DNA of 64,000 nt from Candidatus Nanoarchaeia archaeon (GTDB lineage Archaea; Nanobdellota; Nanobdellia; WJKC01): positions 74,332 to 138,331 of the forward strand of contig JBAZFG010000001.1 in assembly GCA_041653515.1 (NCBI GenBank), read 5' to 3'. Every line of letters begins with the position of its first letter. Position 1 is the stretch's first letter. This document shows positions 46,166-56,243 of this stretch, one piece after another. The position numbers and the translations under genes are program-made. A model generated the notes under the pieces. It did not search any database and was not told where the DNA came from. It worked only from the letters and a program-made list of their open reading frames with translations.

Positions 46166-46646
46166 GTTTTTTCTTCACTGGTTTCTGGTCCGGGTAACCA
46201 ACGGTTATTAGGCAGACTACTTTAACGTGCTTTGGCGTTTTGAACGCCTTGCTGATTGACTGCTCTATTTCCGGGAATCCTGGGTCAAAGGCGCCAATAT
46301 AACAGGCACCCAGTTTGAGTGCGTGGGCCGCAAGCAGTATGTTCTCGGCTGCGACTGCCACGTTCTCAAGGTCATGGCTAGTCGCTCTTGATTTTTTCTT
46401 ATCATAACCGCAAGCGATTATTAATGGCGCTGTCTTGATGAACTGGCTTTTCTGGCTCTTCACGGCCGCGATGGCGTCCTTGACTGATTGTTTGGTTGAT
46501 GTGATGAATACCCAAGGCTGGTCGTTGTAGGAGCTTGGCGCGTTCCGGCCGGCAATGATTAGTTTTTTAACAAGGCTCTTAGGTACTTTCTTAGGCAAGT
46601 ACTTCCTGATGCTCCGTCGAGTATTGATGGCCTCAAGCGCTTCCAT
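46122..46646 (-). CDS. nitroreductase-family flavoprotein
   Basis: N-terminal RRSIRKY…, nitroreductase fold, ~174 aa. Confidence 0.8.
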   Translation of the reverse strand: MEALEAINTRRSIRKYLPKKVPKSLVKKLIIAGRNAPSSYNDQPWVFITSTKQSVKDAIAAVKSQKSQFIKTAPLIIACGYDKKKSRATSHDLENVAVAAENILLAAHALKLGACYIGAFDPGFPEIEQSISKAFKTPKHVKVVCLITVGYPDQKPVKKKLRPLSEVWKNEYYQ

Positions 46647-46731
46647 GGCTTAGGATGAAGCATTTATCTGCTAAATAAGTTACTATATAATATAGAAATA
46701 CTTTTAACCAACTAAGTTTGAGAATTCAATT

Positions 46732-47340
46732 ATGGGTGTTGAAGTTACTGATGGAGTAAACACTTTAGGGTCTAGGACTGGTCTTGACATTATGCTTGGG
46801 ATAATGGAGAAACTTGAGCCAGCAGATAAGCAGATTACTCCTTGTATTGAGGTTTATCAAACTGGTATGGCCGTAATCTGGAATGGTAAGGAGAACGCTT
46901 ATGTTTTTTCATGTGATAATGTTGGTTGGGATATCAATGATAGGATAAGCGCGGTTGAAGTATCTGATGAGACTCATAATATAAGGGTTGCTCGTTTAGG
47001 AACAAGAGAGTACACACCCTGCCTTGTTGAAAAAGAAGTTTCATATGCTTCTCTTGATTCTGTTATTGATCTTCTTAAACAGTCAGAGGAAAAGTTTGTT
47101 ACTAATGGTAAACCTGGGATTGATCTTGAGATAAGAAATCCAATAATTTCTTTAAAATTTTGTGATAGTGGCAGACCGTATACTTTTGATAAAGCTGAAA
47201 ACATCCGGTTAGATTTGTTGTATACAACGACTTTTGCAGAAGATGTTGGCCGTATGATTAAGTTCTTCCATGTACTTAAAGAGTATGAAGTTGACATGAG
47301 AGTGTTACTTGGGTCTTATTCAAAAGCTTTGAACAAATAG
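46732..47340 (+). CDS. hypothetical protein (202 aa)
   Basis: ORF only. Confidence 0.4.
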   Translation: MGVEVTDGVNTLGSRTGLDIMLGIMEKLEPADKQITPCIEVYQTGMAVIWNGKENAYVFSCDNVGWDINDRISAVEVSDETHNIRVARLGTREYTPCLVEKEVSYASLDSVIDLLKQSEEKFVTNGKPGIDLEIRNPIISLKFCDSGRPYTFDKAENIRLDLLYTTTFAEDVGRMIKFFHVLKEYEVDMRVLLGSYSKALNK

Positions 47341-47372
47341 TTTTTATTAACTAAATAACTTACTACTCACTT

Positions 47373-47777
47373 ATGGACTGGTTGTTTTATACCCTGCTCG
47401 CAGTTATTTTCATGGGACCTAATACTTTTATTGTTAAGAAACTCACTAAGACTATTAAGTGCCCGCAAGTAGTATTGTTTTACCAGTTCTTGACCGCAGT
47501 CATCGTGGTCTTCTCTTATGTGTTAATCACTGGTTTCTCTGATTTATCAGTCTTTGCTTTATTGTTGGGTGTGGCTTACTTCATCGCATTGACCTTATTT
47601 TATTTTGGTTTAAGCAAAGGTGATTTATCCAAAGCCAGCCCTGTTTTTAATATGAACCTGCTTGTAACCGCAGTCCTTGGCTTAGTCGTGCTTGGCGAGC
47701 AATTAACATTCAATGTTATTATTGGATTAGGGCTTGGCGTGTTAGGTATTTACTTATTAGGTGGTGAATCAAAATGA
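47373..47777 (+). CDS. EamA-like half-transporter (DMT superfamily, 4 TM)
   Basis: Paired with the next gene; 4-nt overlap. Confidence 0.5.
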   Translation: MDWLFYTLLAVIFMGPNTFIVKKLTKTIKCPQVVLFYQFLTAVIVVFSYVLITGFSDLSVFALLLGVAYFIALTLFYFGLSKGDLSKASPVFNMNLLVTAVLGLVVLGEQLTFNVIIGLGLGVLGIYLLGGESK

Positions 47778-48187
47778 ATGAATGGTTAAAGTACGTGCTC
47801 TTAGCATTATTAATTCAGGGCACAGTGGTATTCTTTGTTAAATTATTATCATTAACTATTAACCCACTATCAATATTATTAGCCCAGTACGTTGGTGCTT
47901 TAATCAGCACAGTCATTTACTTGTCAGTCAAACGGGTTAAGCCTTCTGTTAATAAGCGCGAAGCATTACTCGCAGTACTATCAGGTTTCTTGTTAGCAAC
48001 TGGTTTATCTTTTTATTACACTGCGATTAGTCTAGGCAGTGTGTCAGTGGTCACGCCAATACAGAGCGTTGGCGTCTCATTAGTGCCAGTCTTACTCGCA
48101 ATAATATTCTTAAAAGAGCGATTAACCAAGCGACTCGTTATTGGTTTAGTGTGCTCATTAGCAGGCATAATACTTTTAACAATTTGA
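47774..48187 (+). CDS. EamA-like half-transporter (DMT superfamily, 4 TM)
   Basis: As above. Confidence 0.5.
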   Translation: MNEWLKYVLLALLIQGTVVFFVKLLSLTINPLSILLAQYVGALISTVIYLSVKRVKPSVNKREALLAVLSGFLLATGLSFYYTAISLGSVSVVTPIQSVGVSLVPVLLAIIFLKERLTKRLVIGLVCSLAGIILLTI

Positions 48188-48203
48188 GTCATTATAATTA
48201 ATC

Positions 48204-49052
48204 ATGTTAGATGTACTATCTGTAGGGAATGCTAACGTAGACTTGATTGTTAATTCTGATAAGATAATCAGCGCCGAGCCATTAGTCATGCCTGGCGGCA
48301 GTGCTTGTAATTTTGCAGTTGGTTGCGCGCGACTAGGTTTGAAAGCAGGTTTTTTAGGTTATACTGGCAAGGACTCTTTTGGAGAATTAATTAAGGCTTC
48401 ATTGAAGCGCGAAAGAGTCATGCCTTTCATTAAAGTGGTTGACGAGCACACTGGTCTCGTGCTAGTGTTCACCAAGAAACGATTCAAGAAATTCATCAAG
48501 TACGCCGGCGCTAACAAGCGGCTTGAATTATTAAGGATTAGCCAGTCAGCTAAGCACTTGCACTTAGCGACCCCGCCATTATCCTTATTGAAACAAGCGC
48601 GCGGCAGCGTGTCAGTTGACCCTGGCGCTAGTCTATCAAAATACTCACTCGCAGAGTTAAAACCTTACTTAAGTAAAATCAATGTGTTCTTGCCTAACGA
48701 AGCTGAAGCCAAAGCAATCACAGGTCATTCCTATAAAAAAGCAGCTAATGATTTATTGAGCGCTGGGATTAAAATTGTTATAATCAAACTCGGCCGGGGC
48801 GGTTGTTACTTAAAGACAAGTGATGAATCAATTCGGTTACCATCAATTGATTACCCTGCGGTTGACACGACTGGTGCTGGCGACGCTTTTGATAGCGCTT
48901 TTATATCAGCGTGGCTTAAAGGCAAGTTACTACGAGAGGCCTGCCAGTGGGGTATTATCTCCAGTAACGTTTGCGTGACCCGATTAGGCGCGCAGAACTC
49001 AGCCACCATGAAGGAATTAAATGCTATTAAGGCATTACTAAAAACTTATTAA
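48204..49052 (+). CDS. PfkB-family carbohydrate/nucleoside kinase (ribokinase-like)
   Basis: GGSACNFAVG and DTTGAGDAF motifs. Confidence 0.85.
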   Translation: MLDVLSVGNANVDLIVNSDKIISAEPLVMPGGSACNFAVGCARLGLKAGFLGYTGKDSFGELIKASLKRERVMPFIKVVDEHTGLVLVFTKKRFKKFIKYAGANKRLELLRISQSAKHLHLATPPLSLLKQARGSVSVDPGASLSKYSLAELKPYLSKINVFLPNEAEAKAITGHSYKKAANDLLSAGIKIVIIKLGRGGCYLKTSDESIRLPSIDYPAVDTTGAGDAFDSAFISAWLKGKLLREACQWGIISSNVCVTRLGAQNSATMKELNAIKALLKTY

Positions 49053-49077
49053 TGAGTTCAACCAATAATGATTATTA

Positions 49078-49533
49078 ATGCATTTCATTTACGACCTGCT
49101 TAACCTTAAAGGAATACTCGAGTACGCTGAGATAAAACTAAGCTGGCTGGATAATAAGCGCTTCGAACATAATTGGGGTAAGTTAGCGCGCGAGAATAAT
49201 GATTATGCTTCACTGGTTGAGTTAATTAGTGAGTGCTTGCCAAATAAAATCAGGCCAGTCTTTGATGAGAAAGTTGTTGAGTTAGACTTAACTCAGAAAT
49301 TAGATAATGCTAAGGGTAGGGCTTATCGCTTACTAGCCACTGATCCTGTTACTGGCCGATTAAGTTTTGGCTTGATGGGTAACCTGGTTGATTTCACTAA
49401 AGGAATTGATGACCCTTATCACGAGTTCTTCTCGCCGAAACGAATGAAGCAATTAATAGAACCTATAAGTGAATCAACTTTTGATGTGTTAGGCCGTTAC
49501 TTTGAAGATAAATTCTCATTCTTAACAAAGTAA
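49078..49533 (+). CDS. hypothetical protein (151 aa)
   Basis: ORF only. Confidence 0.4.
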   Translation: MHFIYDLLNLKGILEYAEIKLSWLDNKRFEHNWGKLARENNDYASLVELISECLPNKIRPVFDEKVVELDLTQKLDNAKGRAYRLLATDPVTGRLSFGLMGNLVDFTKGIDDPYHEFFSPKRMKQLIEPISESTFDVLGRYFEDKFSFLTK

Positions 49534-49726
49534 TTAAACAATCCATTAATAATGTTATTTTAATGAAAAAATCATTGCTCTGCCGATTAGGTCTTCACCG
49601 CTGGGGTGTTAAGATTAATTACAATGACCCTAATAATAGTTTCATTCAACACTGGGAGCAAGAATGCACTGTTTGCGGTGTCAAAAGAAAAGGCACTAAT
49701 AAGATGGACTGGGATTACAGTTAGTA

Positions 49727-50092
49727 TTATTTGATGAAATTAATCTTATCCCCTTTTAATGTTCCTTTAGCGTTAAGAACTTCTATCACGTACTTAGCTG
49801 GCTTGTCAGGCATGTAACAACGCCACGTTAATGGGTTAAGAGTTGCTCGTCGGCACTTCTTAACGCTAACAACACGATGGTCATCATCAACCCAGATAAT
49901 ATGTAAGTCCTGGGGCACGAAGAACATGTGAATGCTCGCTGACAAAGCGTCCCGGCAGTCATTGGTTAACACGCAAGCGTCATCACTACTGATTCGCTTG
50001 AACATTAAGCCCTTGCAGTTCTCAAAAAAAGACTTGCAGAGCCAAGCGTTAGAAGCAAGAGTCTTATTGTTAGATTCGTTCATAATAATCAT
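49727..50092 (-). CDS. DUF192 (COG1430) domain protein
   Basis: KGLMFKR … IHMFFVPQDLHIIWVDDDHRVV motifs. Confidence 0.55.
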   Translation of the reverse strand: MIIMNESNNKTLASNAWLCKSFFENCKGLMFKRISSDDACVLTNDCRDALSASIHMFFVPQDLHIIWVDDDHRVVSVKKCRRATLNPLTWRCYMPDKPAKYVIEVLNAKGTLKGDKINFIK

Positions 50093-50162
50093 ATTACTAC
50101 TTAGTTAGTACAGTAATAATTATTAAGTTATTCATCCTATTAATATTACTGGGAGTGGTTTT

Positions 50163-50525
50163 ATGATGAGTGCTTTAGCAAGTACTGCGGAGTGGATTAG
50201 TAGTTCACTGCCAGTACTGGAAGGGTTAATAAGTGAGTGTAAGCAGGAACAGGATGACTTAGCTATTAGTGACTTCATTGAGTTCGCGAATGATTTATTT
50301 GACCAATACTTGTTCTTCAGCAAGTATTACCAAGACGAGATACCATTATTTACTAAGGCTTACAAAGACAGCCTTGACTTAAGCTTTAAATTATTAAATG
50401 ATGGTTTAATCACCAAAAATCGGTTAAAACAATTAGGCGGTTACTCAAAAAACATTAAAAGTTTATTCAAGACTTACACTAAGAGTTTCAATAACACTCT
50501 TAGAACACTTAACAAATACTTTTAA
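50163..50525 (+). CDS. hypothetical protein (120 aa)
   Basis: ORF only. Confidence 0.35.
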   Translation: MMSALASTAEWISSSLPVLEGLISECKQEQDDLAISDFIEFANDLFDQYLFFSKYYQDEIPLFTKAYKDSLDLSFKLLNDGLITKNRLKQLGGYSKNIKSLFKTYTKSFNNTLRTLNKYF

Positions 50526-50583
50526 TTCTTTTTTCCTTTTTTTATTAAATAACTTAATAAAGGGGTAATAGTCAGTTATTAGT

Positions 50584-51036
50584 GTGGACCGATTAAATGA
50601 AGTGGCGAACTTTTATGATTCAATAGATGACTTGCTCATAAAGATTAGTGATTCATCATTAAAGTTCAATAGGACTAATGAAATTGATACTAGTTTCATT
50701 GACGAGGCTTACAGTTTTTTTAATGAATACATAACTGAGCGATACTACGTTAATCTTGATAAGGACTGCGTGGTTAAGTGCACCGATGTTTACGAACGCG
50801 CCTTAAGACTTGCTGGTTATATAGGCACTCTTAATGTTCGCCTTAAAGCCCGAAAACTAATCAAATTAAAACCATTAATTGAAGCTGTTTATACCAGCAA
50901 TATTAAGACCTTAACAAGCGACTTGCATAATTCTTACAACCAATTAATTCACTTCCCTTGGCGCAAGGACCCTGTTTACAAGTGTAAGAAATTCATTAAT
51001 AAATTAATAAGGAATAGAAACCAATCTTTGAGCTGA
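50584..51036 (+). CDS. hypothetical protein (150 aa)
   Basis: ORF only. Confidence 0.35.
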   Translation: MDRLNEVANFYDSIDDLLIKISDSSLKFNRTNEIDTSFIDEAYSFFNEYITERYYVNLDKDCVVKCTDVYERALRLAGYIGTLNVRLKARKLIKLKPLIEAVYTSNIKTLTSDLHNSYNQLIHFPWRKDPVYKCKKFINKLIRNRNQSLS

Positions 51037-51483
51037 TTTTGAAGCCATTAATTGCTCTTGCTCAAGAATACTAGTAACCTTATTATTTGATAAATGGTCT
51101 TTATATAAATCAAATAACTGCCAGTAAGTAGGGCAACCCTTAACGTGCTCAATTGCAACACCTAAGTCAGTCTTTAAGTTATCGCAATTAATCGTTGTTG
51201 AATAATTATTACCCTCCTGGCTAATATTCTCAATATTCATTAAATTATTAACATACTTAACAGCAATGTCATTGAACTCGCATAACTTATCATAATCACT
51301 TAACAAGTAAGATAAGTATTTTTCAGGCATTATTAAACTAACAGCTGAGTCAACATCAACACTTTTATTGTGCGAAAAAATCATGTTTGACAGAATCAAG
51401 TCTAGGTTTGATTGTTTATTCTTATTAAGCGTCCTCTTAAAACCAAGTTTCTTAAGATAATCCATACCAAGTTGATTGGTCAA
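51004..51483 (-). CDS. hypothetical protein (159 aa)
   Basis: ORF only. Confidence 0.35.
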   Translation of the reverse strand: MTNQLGMDYLKKLGFKRTLNKNKQSNLDLILSNMIFSHNKSVDVDSAVSLIMPEKYLSYLLSDYDKLCEFNDIAVKYVNNLMNIENISQEGNNYSTTINCDNLKTDLGVAIEHVKGCPTYWQLFDLYKDHLSNNKVTSILEQEQLMASKSAQRLVSIPY

Positions 51484-51501
51484 AAGGGTTTAAAAGCGTT
51501 T

Positions 51502-52335
51502 CTAATCAAATATTATTGATGCATAAGAGACTACGTTCTTGTAGTCCTTGGTCTTGTCAGCGCTCGTTGAGTACTCAAGGAAACGGCTTTTAGCGCCTCG
51601 CCCTTTCATAGCTTCCAATAACACTGTGATTGGTTTATAACCGCAAATAGTTGATTGCTCGCCTAATGCGTGAAACTCATCAACCCTTAATTCTTGAATT
51701 AACTCAATCGCTTTCATGTCATGCTCCCGTAATTCTAATTTAATATTACTAAAAGGATTATAACCATAAACCTCGCCATGATGAGTGAAATCACTACTAA
51801 CAATAATAGTCGCGTCCAAACCAGTGAGTGCTAAACCAAGTCGTTTTAAGTCAGTGAGCGGTGCGTCACCAATAATAATAGGTACAATACTAAGCTTATC
51901 ACCATAAAGCGATTGAAGGAAAGGCAATTGAACCTCAACCGAGTGCTCATGAGAGTGCGCAAGGAAGTCATTAGTCAAGCCCATTGACTTGCAAAGACCA
52001 CGAGCCATTAACTGGTTAGTCTTAACTTTACCTAAAGGGGTTTTGTAACCAGCATTATACATAATGCTAATCGGGTCACCTAAACCTGAATGGCTTGGGC
52101 CAATAATTATCATAGTCCTTGGTTCATGCTTGCTTAACTCATAAAAGCCCCGCGCCATAGTCCTGCCAGAATAAGTGTAACCGGCGTGAGGTGAAATTAA
52201 GCCATTCATAAAACCAGCCCGCTGAGAATAAGGTTTCTTGCTAAATAAACCCTTTATTTCATCCTTTAACTCATCAGGGTCAGCTGGGTAAAACGAGCCG
52301 GCTGCAACCATATCACGAGTGTATAATAAGCTCAT
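51502..52335 (-). CDS. Memo-like protein (AmmeMemoRadiSam system protein B)
   Basis: GSFYPADPDEL… SPHAGYTYSG motifs. Confidence 0.85.
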   Translation of the reverse strand: MSLLYTRDMVAAGSFYPADPDELKDEIKGLFSKKPYSQRAGFMNGLISPHAGYTYSGRTMARGFYELSKHEPRTMIIIGPSHSGLGDPISIMYNAGYKTPLGKVKTNQLMARGLCKSMGLTNDFLAHSHEHSVEVQLPFLQSLYGDKLSIVPIIIGDAPLTDLKRLGLALTGLDATIIVSSDFTHHGEVYGYNPFSNIKLELREHDMKAIELIQELRVDEFHALGEQSTICGYKPITVLLEAMKGRGAKSRFLEYSTSADKTKDYKNVVSYASIIFD

Positions 52336-52359
52336 AATAAATAATTAGTTAATCATCCT

Positions 52360-53091
52360 TTAAGAAAATTGCTCAAGCGTGTAATTAAAAGGCAAACCAT
52401 TAGCTTTACAGTAATCACGTGCAATAATCCAATAAACTAATGATAAACTCTTATGGCCCTTATTATTACAAGGCATAATAACATCAACGTTACTAATAGC
52501 AGTATTAGTATTGCAAAGAGCAATAACTACTGCGCCACTCTTAACTGCGTCAGTTAACGCTTGCTTGTCATACCAGACGTCAGTGATAATAACCACTTTT
52601 GGTTCAATAAAATCATCATAATTAGGGTTAGTCATAGTGCCTGGTAAGTAACGACCAGTAATAGTCTTAATGCCAGTTGCCATTGATAATAATTTAAGTG
52701 GTTTAGTAGCGTTATCACGCTTGCAAACAATTAATAACTCACTAGGCTTGAAGTTAGTTAAATAATTATTAATATCCCTTAACCGTTCATCAATCTTCTC
52801 AACATTAAGGATTGCAAGACCATCAGGTCTGACTTTGAAAATATAATCACTCATTGATTTACTCCTAAATTTAGTGCCAATGTGAACCCCTGCGCTCAAG
52901 TAAGTATCATTAGGTGCGAGCATTCGTGATTCATCATTAACTTTCTGCTCATCATCAGATTTATTAACAACCTTAACTGGCTTCTCGGCTTTTTTAATAG
53001 GCTTATCAGTAACCTTACACTTATGTCGTTCTAAGTTCTTGAAGTGCTTGCCACAAGTCGGGCAGTCACCCTCACCTTTTAATTCAGCCAT
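52360..53091 (-). CDS. rps2: 30S ribosomal protein uS2 with ~55-aa N-terminal extension carrying a Cys2-His-Cys motif
   Basis: YLSAGVHIGTKF…YIFKVRPDGLAILNV matches the archaeal S2 core. The in-frame N-terminal extension contains CPTCGKHFKNLERHKC. Confidence 0.8.
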   Translation of the reverse strand: MAELKGEGDCPTCGKHFKNLERHKCKVTDKPIKKAEKPVKVVNKSDDEQKVNDESRMLAPNDTYLSAGVHIGTKFRSKSMSDYIFKVRPDGLAILNVEKIDERLRDINNYLTNFKPSELLIVCKRDNATKPLKLLSMATGIKTITGRYLPGTMTNPNYDDFIEPKVVIITDVWYDKQALTDAVKSGAVVIALCNTNTAISNVDVIMPCNNKGHKSLSLVYWIIARDYCKANGLPFNYTLEQFS

Positions 53092-53180
53092 GGTAGTCTT
53101 TTCAAAAACTAATAGGGCTTTTTAAGCCTTACTAAAAATAATAATAATAATAAAAAAAGAAAAAGAAAGAAAAAGCAAAG

Positions 53181-53369
53181 TTATTGCGGTCGCTCAACGT
53201 TAATAGGTATTTTACCCGCTTCAAACTCTTTAATAGCGATATCAACCGGGTCCATTAACTTCTTAACAATAGCGATTGCGATTAGTGGCGGAGCGCCCTG
53301 ACTAATTTGTAGGGATCTAGCACCAATAATCCTCGCAATTTCATACTTTGTTAATTCAATCTTACTCAT
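53181..53369 (-). CDS. rpoK: DNA-directed RNA polymerase subunit K (Rpo6)
   Basis: YEIARIIGARSLQISQGAPPLI. Confidence 0.85.
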   Translation of the reverse strand: MSKIELTKYEIARIIGARSLQISQGAPPLIAIAIVKKLMDPVDIAIKEFEAGKIPINVERPQ

Positions 53370-54136
53370 TTCTTAACACCTAATGCTTTTTCAAGAACCT
53401 TTCTTATCTTAAAAGACTTTTCTATTAGTTCTTTGACCTCGTCAACAGTGAAACCACCACTACCACTCTTTTGTAAAGCGTTGATTGAGTCAACACCACT
53501 AGTAGTGATGCTAAGCCTAGCGTCCATTAACTCCTCTTCCTTCAAGCCAGGGTCAACCACTAAGTGTTTACCTACCTTGACGAAACTAGTAGTTAGTGGA
53601 ATCTTATCCACTGGTAATTTCTTGTCAGTTAACTGACCATAGAGCACTTTGTCGTTCTCAACTTTAGGCATTCGGGCGTTAAGTATTGCCGCAACTGCTG
53701 CAAGCGATGAAGCGTCAATAATGTTGCCATCATAGTTCAATGGGTACACATCAATGAATACTTTCCAGATTAACTCTCCTTTCCTGATGCATAATTTCTT
53801 GAAGTCAACCATTTTACTTTCCCTAATGCCTCGGTCAACTGTTCGGGCAATCTCTATTGTCTCATTACTTGGCGGACCACCTTCCCATTCTGAGAAAGCT
53901 ATCTGTAATCGGTCAGTGTCAACCATTAACGCACCTTCGTCTGGTGTGTCACTGAACGGTTCGCCTAAAGCCATTTTAACACCAGCAATCACTTTAGTGT
54001 CGCCGATAGTTACCATGGCTGAGCCCTCAGCTTTCTTGGCAACGCCTAACTCAATTTTAATGTCACGAAAGTCATCAAAGCCTCGGCCATCAATCCTTAA
54101 GTTCTCATTACCTATTTTCTTAATGTAGTTCTTCAT
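53366..54136 (-). CDS. rrp42: exosome complex component Rrp42 (RNase PH-like)
   Basis: RNase PH fold; position after rrp41 in the conserved operon. Confidence 0.8.
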   Translation of the reverse strand: MKNYIKKIGNENLRIDGRGFDDFRDIKIELGVAKKAEGSAMVTIGDTKVIAGVKMALGEPFSDTPDEGALMVDTDRLQIAFSEWEGGPPSNETIEIARTVDRGIRESKMVDFKKLCIRKGELIWKVFIDVYPLNYDGNIIDASSLAAVAAILNARMPKVENDKVLYGQLTDKKLPVDKIPLTTSFVKVGKHLVVDPGLKEEELMDARLSITTSGVDSINALQKSGSGGFTVDEVKELIEKSFKIRKVLEKALGVKK

Positions 54137-54849
54137 TTAATAACACCTCTTGAATACTTTTTCTTTAAGGCTTCTTCCTGAACACTAACTATTTCAGTAG
54201 CTGACTTGATACCCATATCAAGTGCTTTGAATAAGTCCTTCTTACTAATCTCACCATCTAATTGTAGGTGGGTGATTAAACCTGTTTTAGGGCAGTAAGT
54301 TAACGGTATGTCCGTTGCTCCTTCAGCCCAATCTTCTTCTTCTTTAGTTAAGTCAACAACAACTGTGCTGCCTATCGCGCCAACACTAATACTGCCAGCT
54401 AACCCTTTCATTGGGATGCCTGCATCAGCTAAGGCGAGGCTTGCAGCGCAGATGCCTGCGCAACGAGTACCAGCGTCAGCCTGAGGTATTTCTATGAATA
54501 CATCAATAACTTGCTTTGGGTACTTATCAAGGAATACGATATCAGATAACGCATTGCTACTGACAAGGCTTAACTCCTTATCACGCCTTGATGGGCCAGG
54601 TCTCTTTCGATCAGTAACTGAAAAACTCATTAAGTTGTAATTACACCTTAATAAGCCTATGTCAGCTAATTGAATCCTTCTGGGGTGCAGTTCTCTTGGA
54701 CCGTAAACACCAGCTATTGCTATTGTTTCACCAATCTTGAACTTAGCACTACCATTAGCGTTCTTAATAACACCTAACTCAATCTCTATTTTCCTCGCAT
54801 CCTCTACTTTTCGACCATCAGGTCTAACATTTTTTGTCATTTCTTCCAC
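54133..54849 (-). CDS. rrp41: exosome complex exonuclease Rrp41
   Basis: RPDGRK…GSAKFKIGETIAIAGVYGPRE catalytic RNase PH subunit. Confidence 0.85.
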   Translation of the reverse strand: MEEMTKNVRPDGRKVEDARKIEIELGVIKNANGSAKFKIGETIAIAGVYGPRELHPRRIQLADIGLLRCNYNLMSFSVTDRKRPGPSRRDKELSLVSSNALSDIVFLDKYPKQVIDVFIEIPQADAGTRCAGICAASLALADAGIPMKGLAGSISVGAIGSTVVVDLTKEEEDWAEGATDIPLTYCPKTGLITHLQLDGEISKKDLFKALDMGIKSATEIVSVQEEALKKKYSRGVIK

Positions 54850-55529
54850 TCTCCTATTTTTTCTTTTATTGTATCAGTTAATCCTTTGAGGTGAGCGTTC
54901 TCTTCAATGAATTTCAAAGCCTTAACAGCTAATAATTCCTGCTTCCTAGTCTCACCTTTTATCCAAACAATGCCGTTCTGCCCGATGATGAAGAAACAAC
55001 CGGTCTCGTCTTTCAACGTGTTAACCATGCTGCCTTTCTTACCAATAACCCTTGGCACTTTCATTGGGTTTATTTCAACTACTAAACCGCCTTCAAGTTT
55101 CTTGAACATCCGATCTTTCATGTTTAATCTAATAAACATTGGTTTGCTGACGCGCTCAACTTCAGCGTACACATAGTCATTAATGGCGTAATACCTGGAC
55201 AAATCCTCTCCTAATTCAATATACGTGTTGGTTGCCTCAGCAACCCCTAGAATTGCCTTCACTGGGGCCTTAATATCAACATCCCACACAGAATAACCAG
55301 TGTCAATAACTTTGCCGATGACTTTATCGCCTGGTCGGGGCATGTAAGCGCCTTTCAGAGGGATTACTCTGATAACGCTGCCCTTAGCATCGACTAAGCC
55401 TAGCACTGACGAGCGAATCTCTTCGCTAATCCTGTGAGTTCCGTGGCCTGGAAGGAATTCCATTCCCTGAGCAATAACGTCGCCAGGGATTACCAGGTTC
55501 TTATCTTCTACTAAAATTCCTTTACTCAT
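54837..55529 (-). CDS. rrp4: exosome complex RNA-binding protein Rrp4 (S1 + KH)
   Basis: S1/KH architecture and operon position. Confidence 0.8.
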   Translation of the reverse strand: MSKGILVEDKNLVIPGDVIAQGMEFLPGHGTHRISEEIRSSVLGLVDAKGSVIRVIPLKGAYMPRPGDKVIGKVIDTGYSVWDVDIKAPVKAILGVAEATNTYIELGEDLSRYYAINDYVYAEVERVSKPMFIRLNMKDRMFKKLEGGLVVEINPMKVPRVIGKKGSMVNTLKDETGCFFIIGQNGIVWIKGETRKQELLAVKALKFIEENAHLKGLTDTIKEKIGEWKK

Positions 55530-55534
55530 TTTTT

Positions 55535-56236
55535 TTATTCCTCCTTTATTTTTATTAAACCGTGACTAAGACTTTTTAGCTTATCACGTAATTCATTAAG
55601 ATAACCTGCTGATAATTTAGCTGTAATACTCAGCGAACCATCTGGCAGGTAATCCTGTCCAATTACTTCAGCGCCTTTCTTAACAAGTGAGAACACTTGT
55701 CCCATGAACTGCGCAGGTGAAGTAATAATGACTGTTAAATCAGCGAATGATATTGGCATGACCTTCTTTAATTCATCCATTAACTCTTTGGCTTGCTCGT
55801 TAACTGTTTTATCAAAACGAATCTTATAACCAGTCTTTTCCATACCAAGCTCAACTCGTTGTCTTGGGATAGGATAATGCGTTTGCGGGTCAGATGCCTT
55901 GCTTGAGACTTCTTCTAATACTTGATTTCTTTTCTGCTCAACGATTTTATGGCGGTACTCCTCACTTAATTGTATCTCGCCTTTCTTAATAATTTCATCA
56001 GCAATTACTAGAATATCATTTGTGCCAAAGGACTCAATTAAATCACCAGCTAAATCACCAGTCCGCGCGTCCTTGAATATTTTATCAACTAATAATACAT
56101 CACTGATATTATTCTCGCCCCGCCTGAATTTAAGCGCTGCTTCAGAATCAATAATAATCTCATAATCCTCACCGTTCTTTTTTAACCGAGCAATATTCAG
56201 ATCGCTCTTCTTGTGTTCTGGCTTATACATAGTCAT
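55535..56236 (-). CDS. sdo1: ribosome maturation protein SBDS/Sdo1
   Basis: N-terminal ARLKKNGEDYEIIIDSEAALKFRRG FYSH domain. Confidence 0.85.
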   Translation of the reverse strand: MTMYKPEHKKSDLNIARLKKNGEDYEIIIDSEAALKFRRGENNISDVLLVDKIFKDARTGDLAGDLIESFGTNDILVIADEIIKKGEIQLSEEYRHKIVEQKRNQVLEEVSSKASDPQTHYPIPRQRVELGMEKTGYKIRFDKTVNEQAKELMDELKKVMPISFADLTVIITSPAQFMGQVFSLVKKGAEVIGQDYLPDGSLSITAKLSAGYLNELRDKLKSLSHGLIKIKEE

Positions 56237-56243
56237 AAGAATT

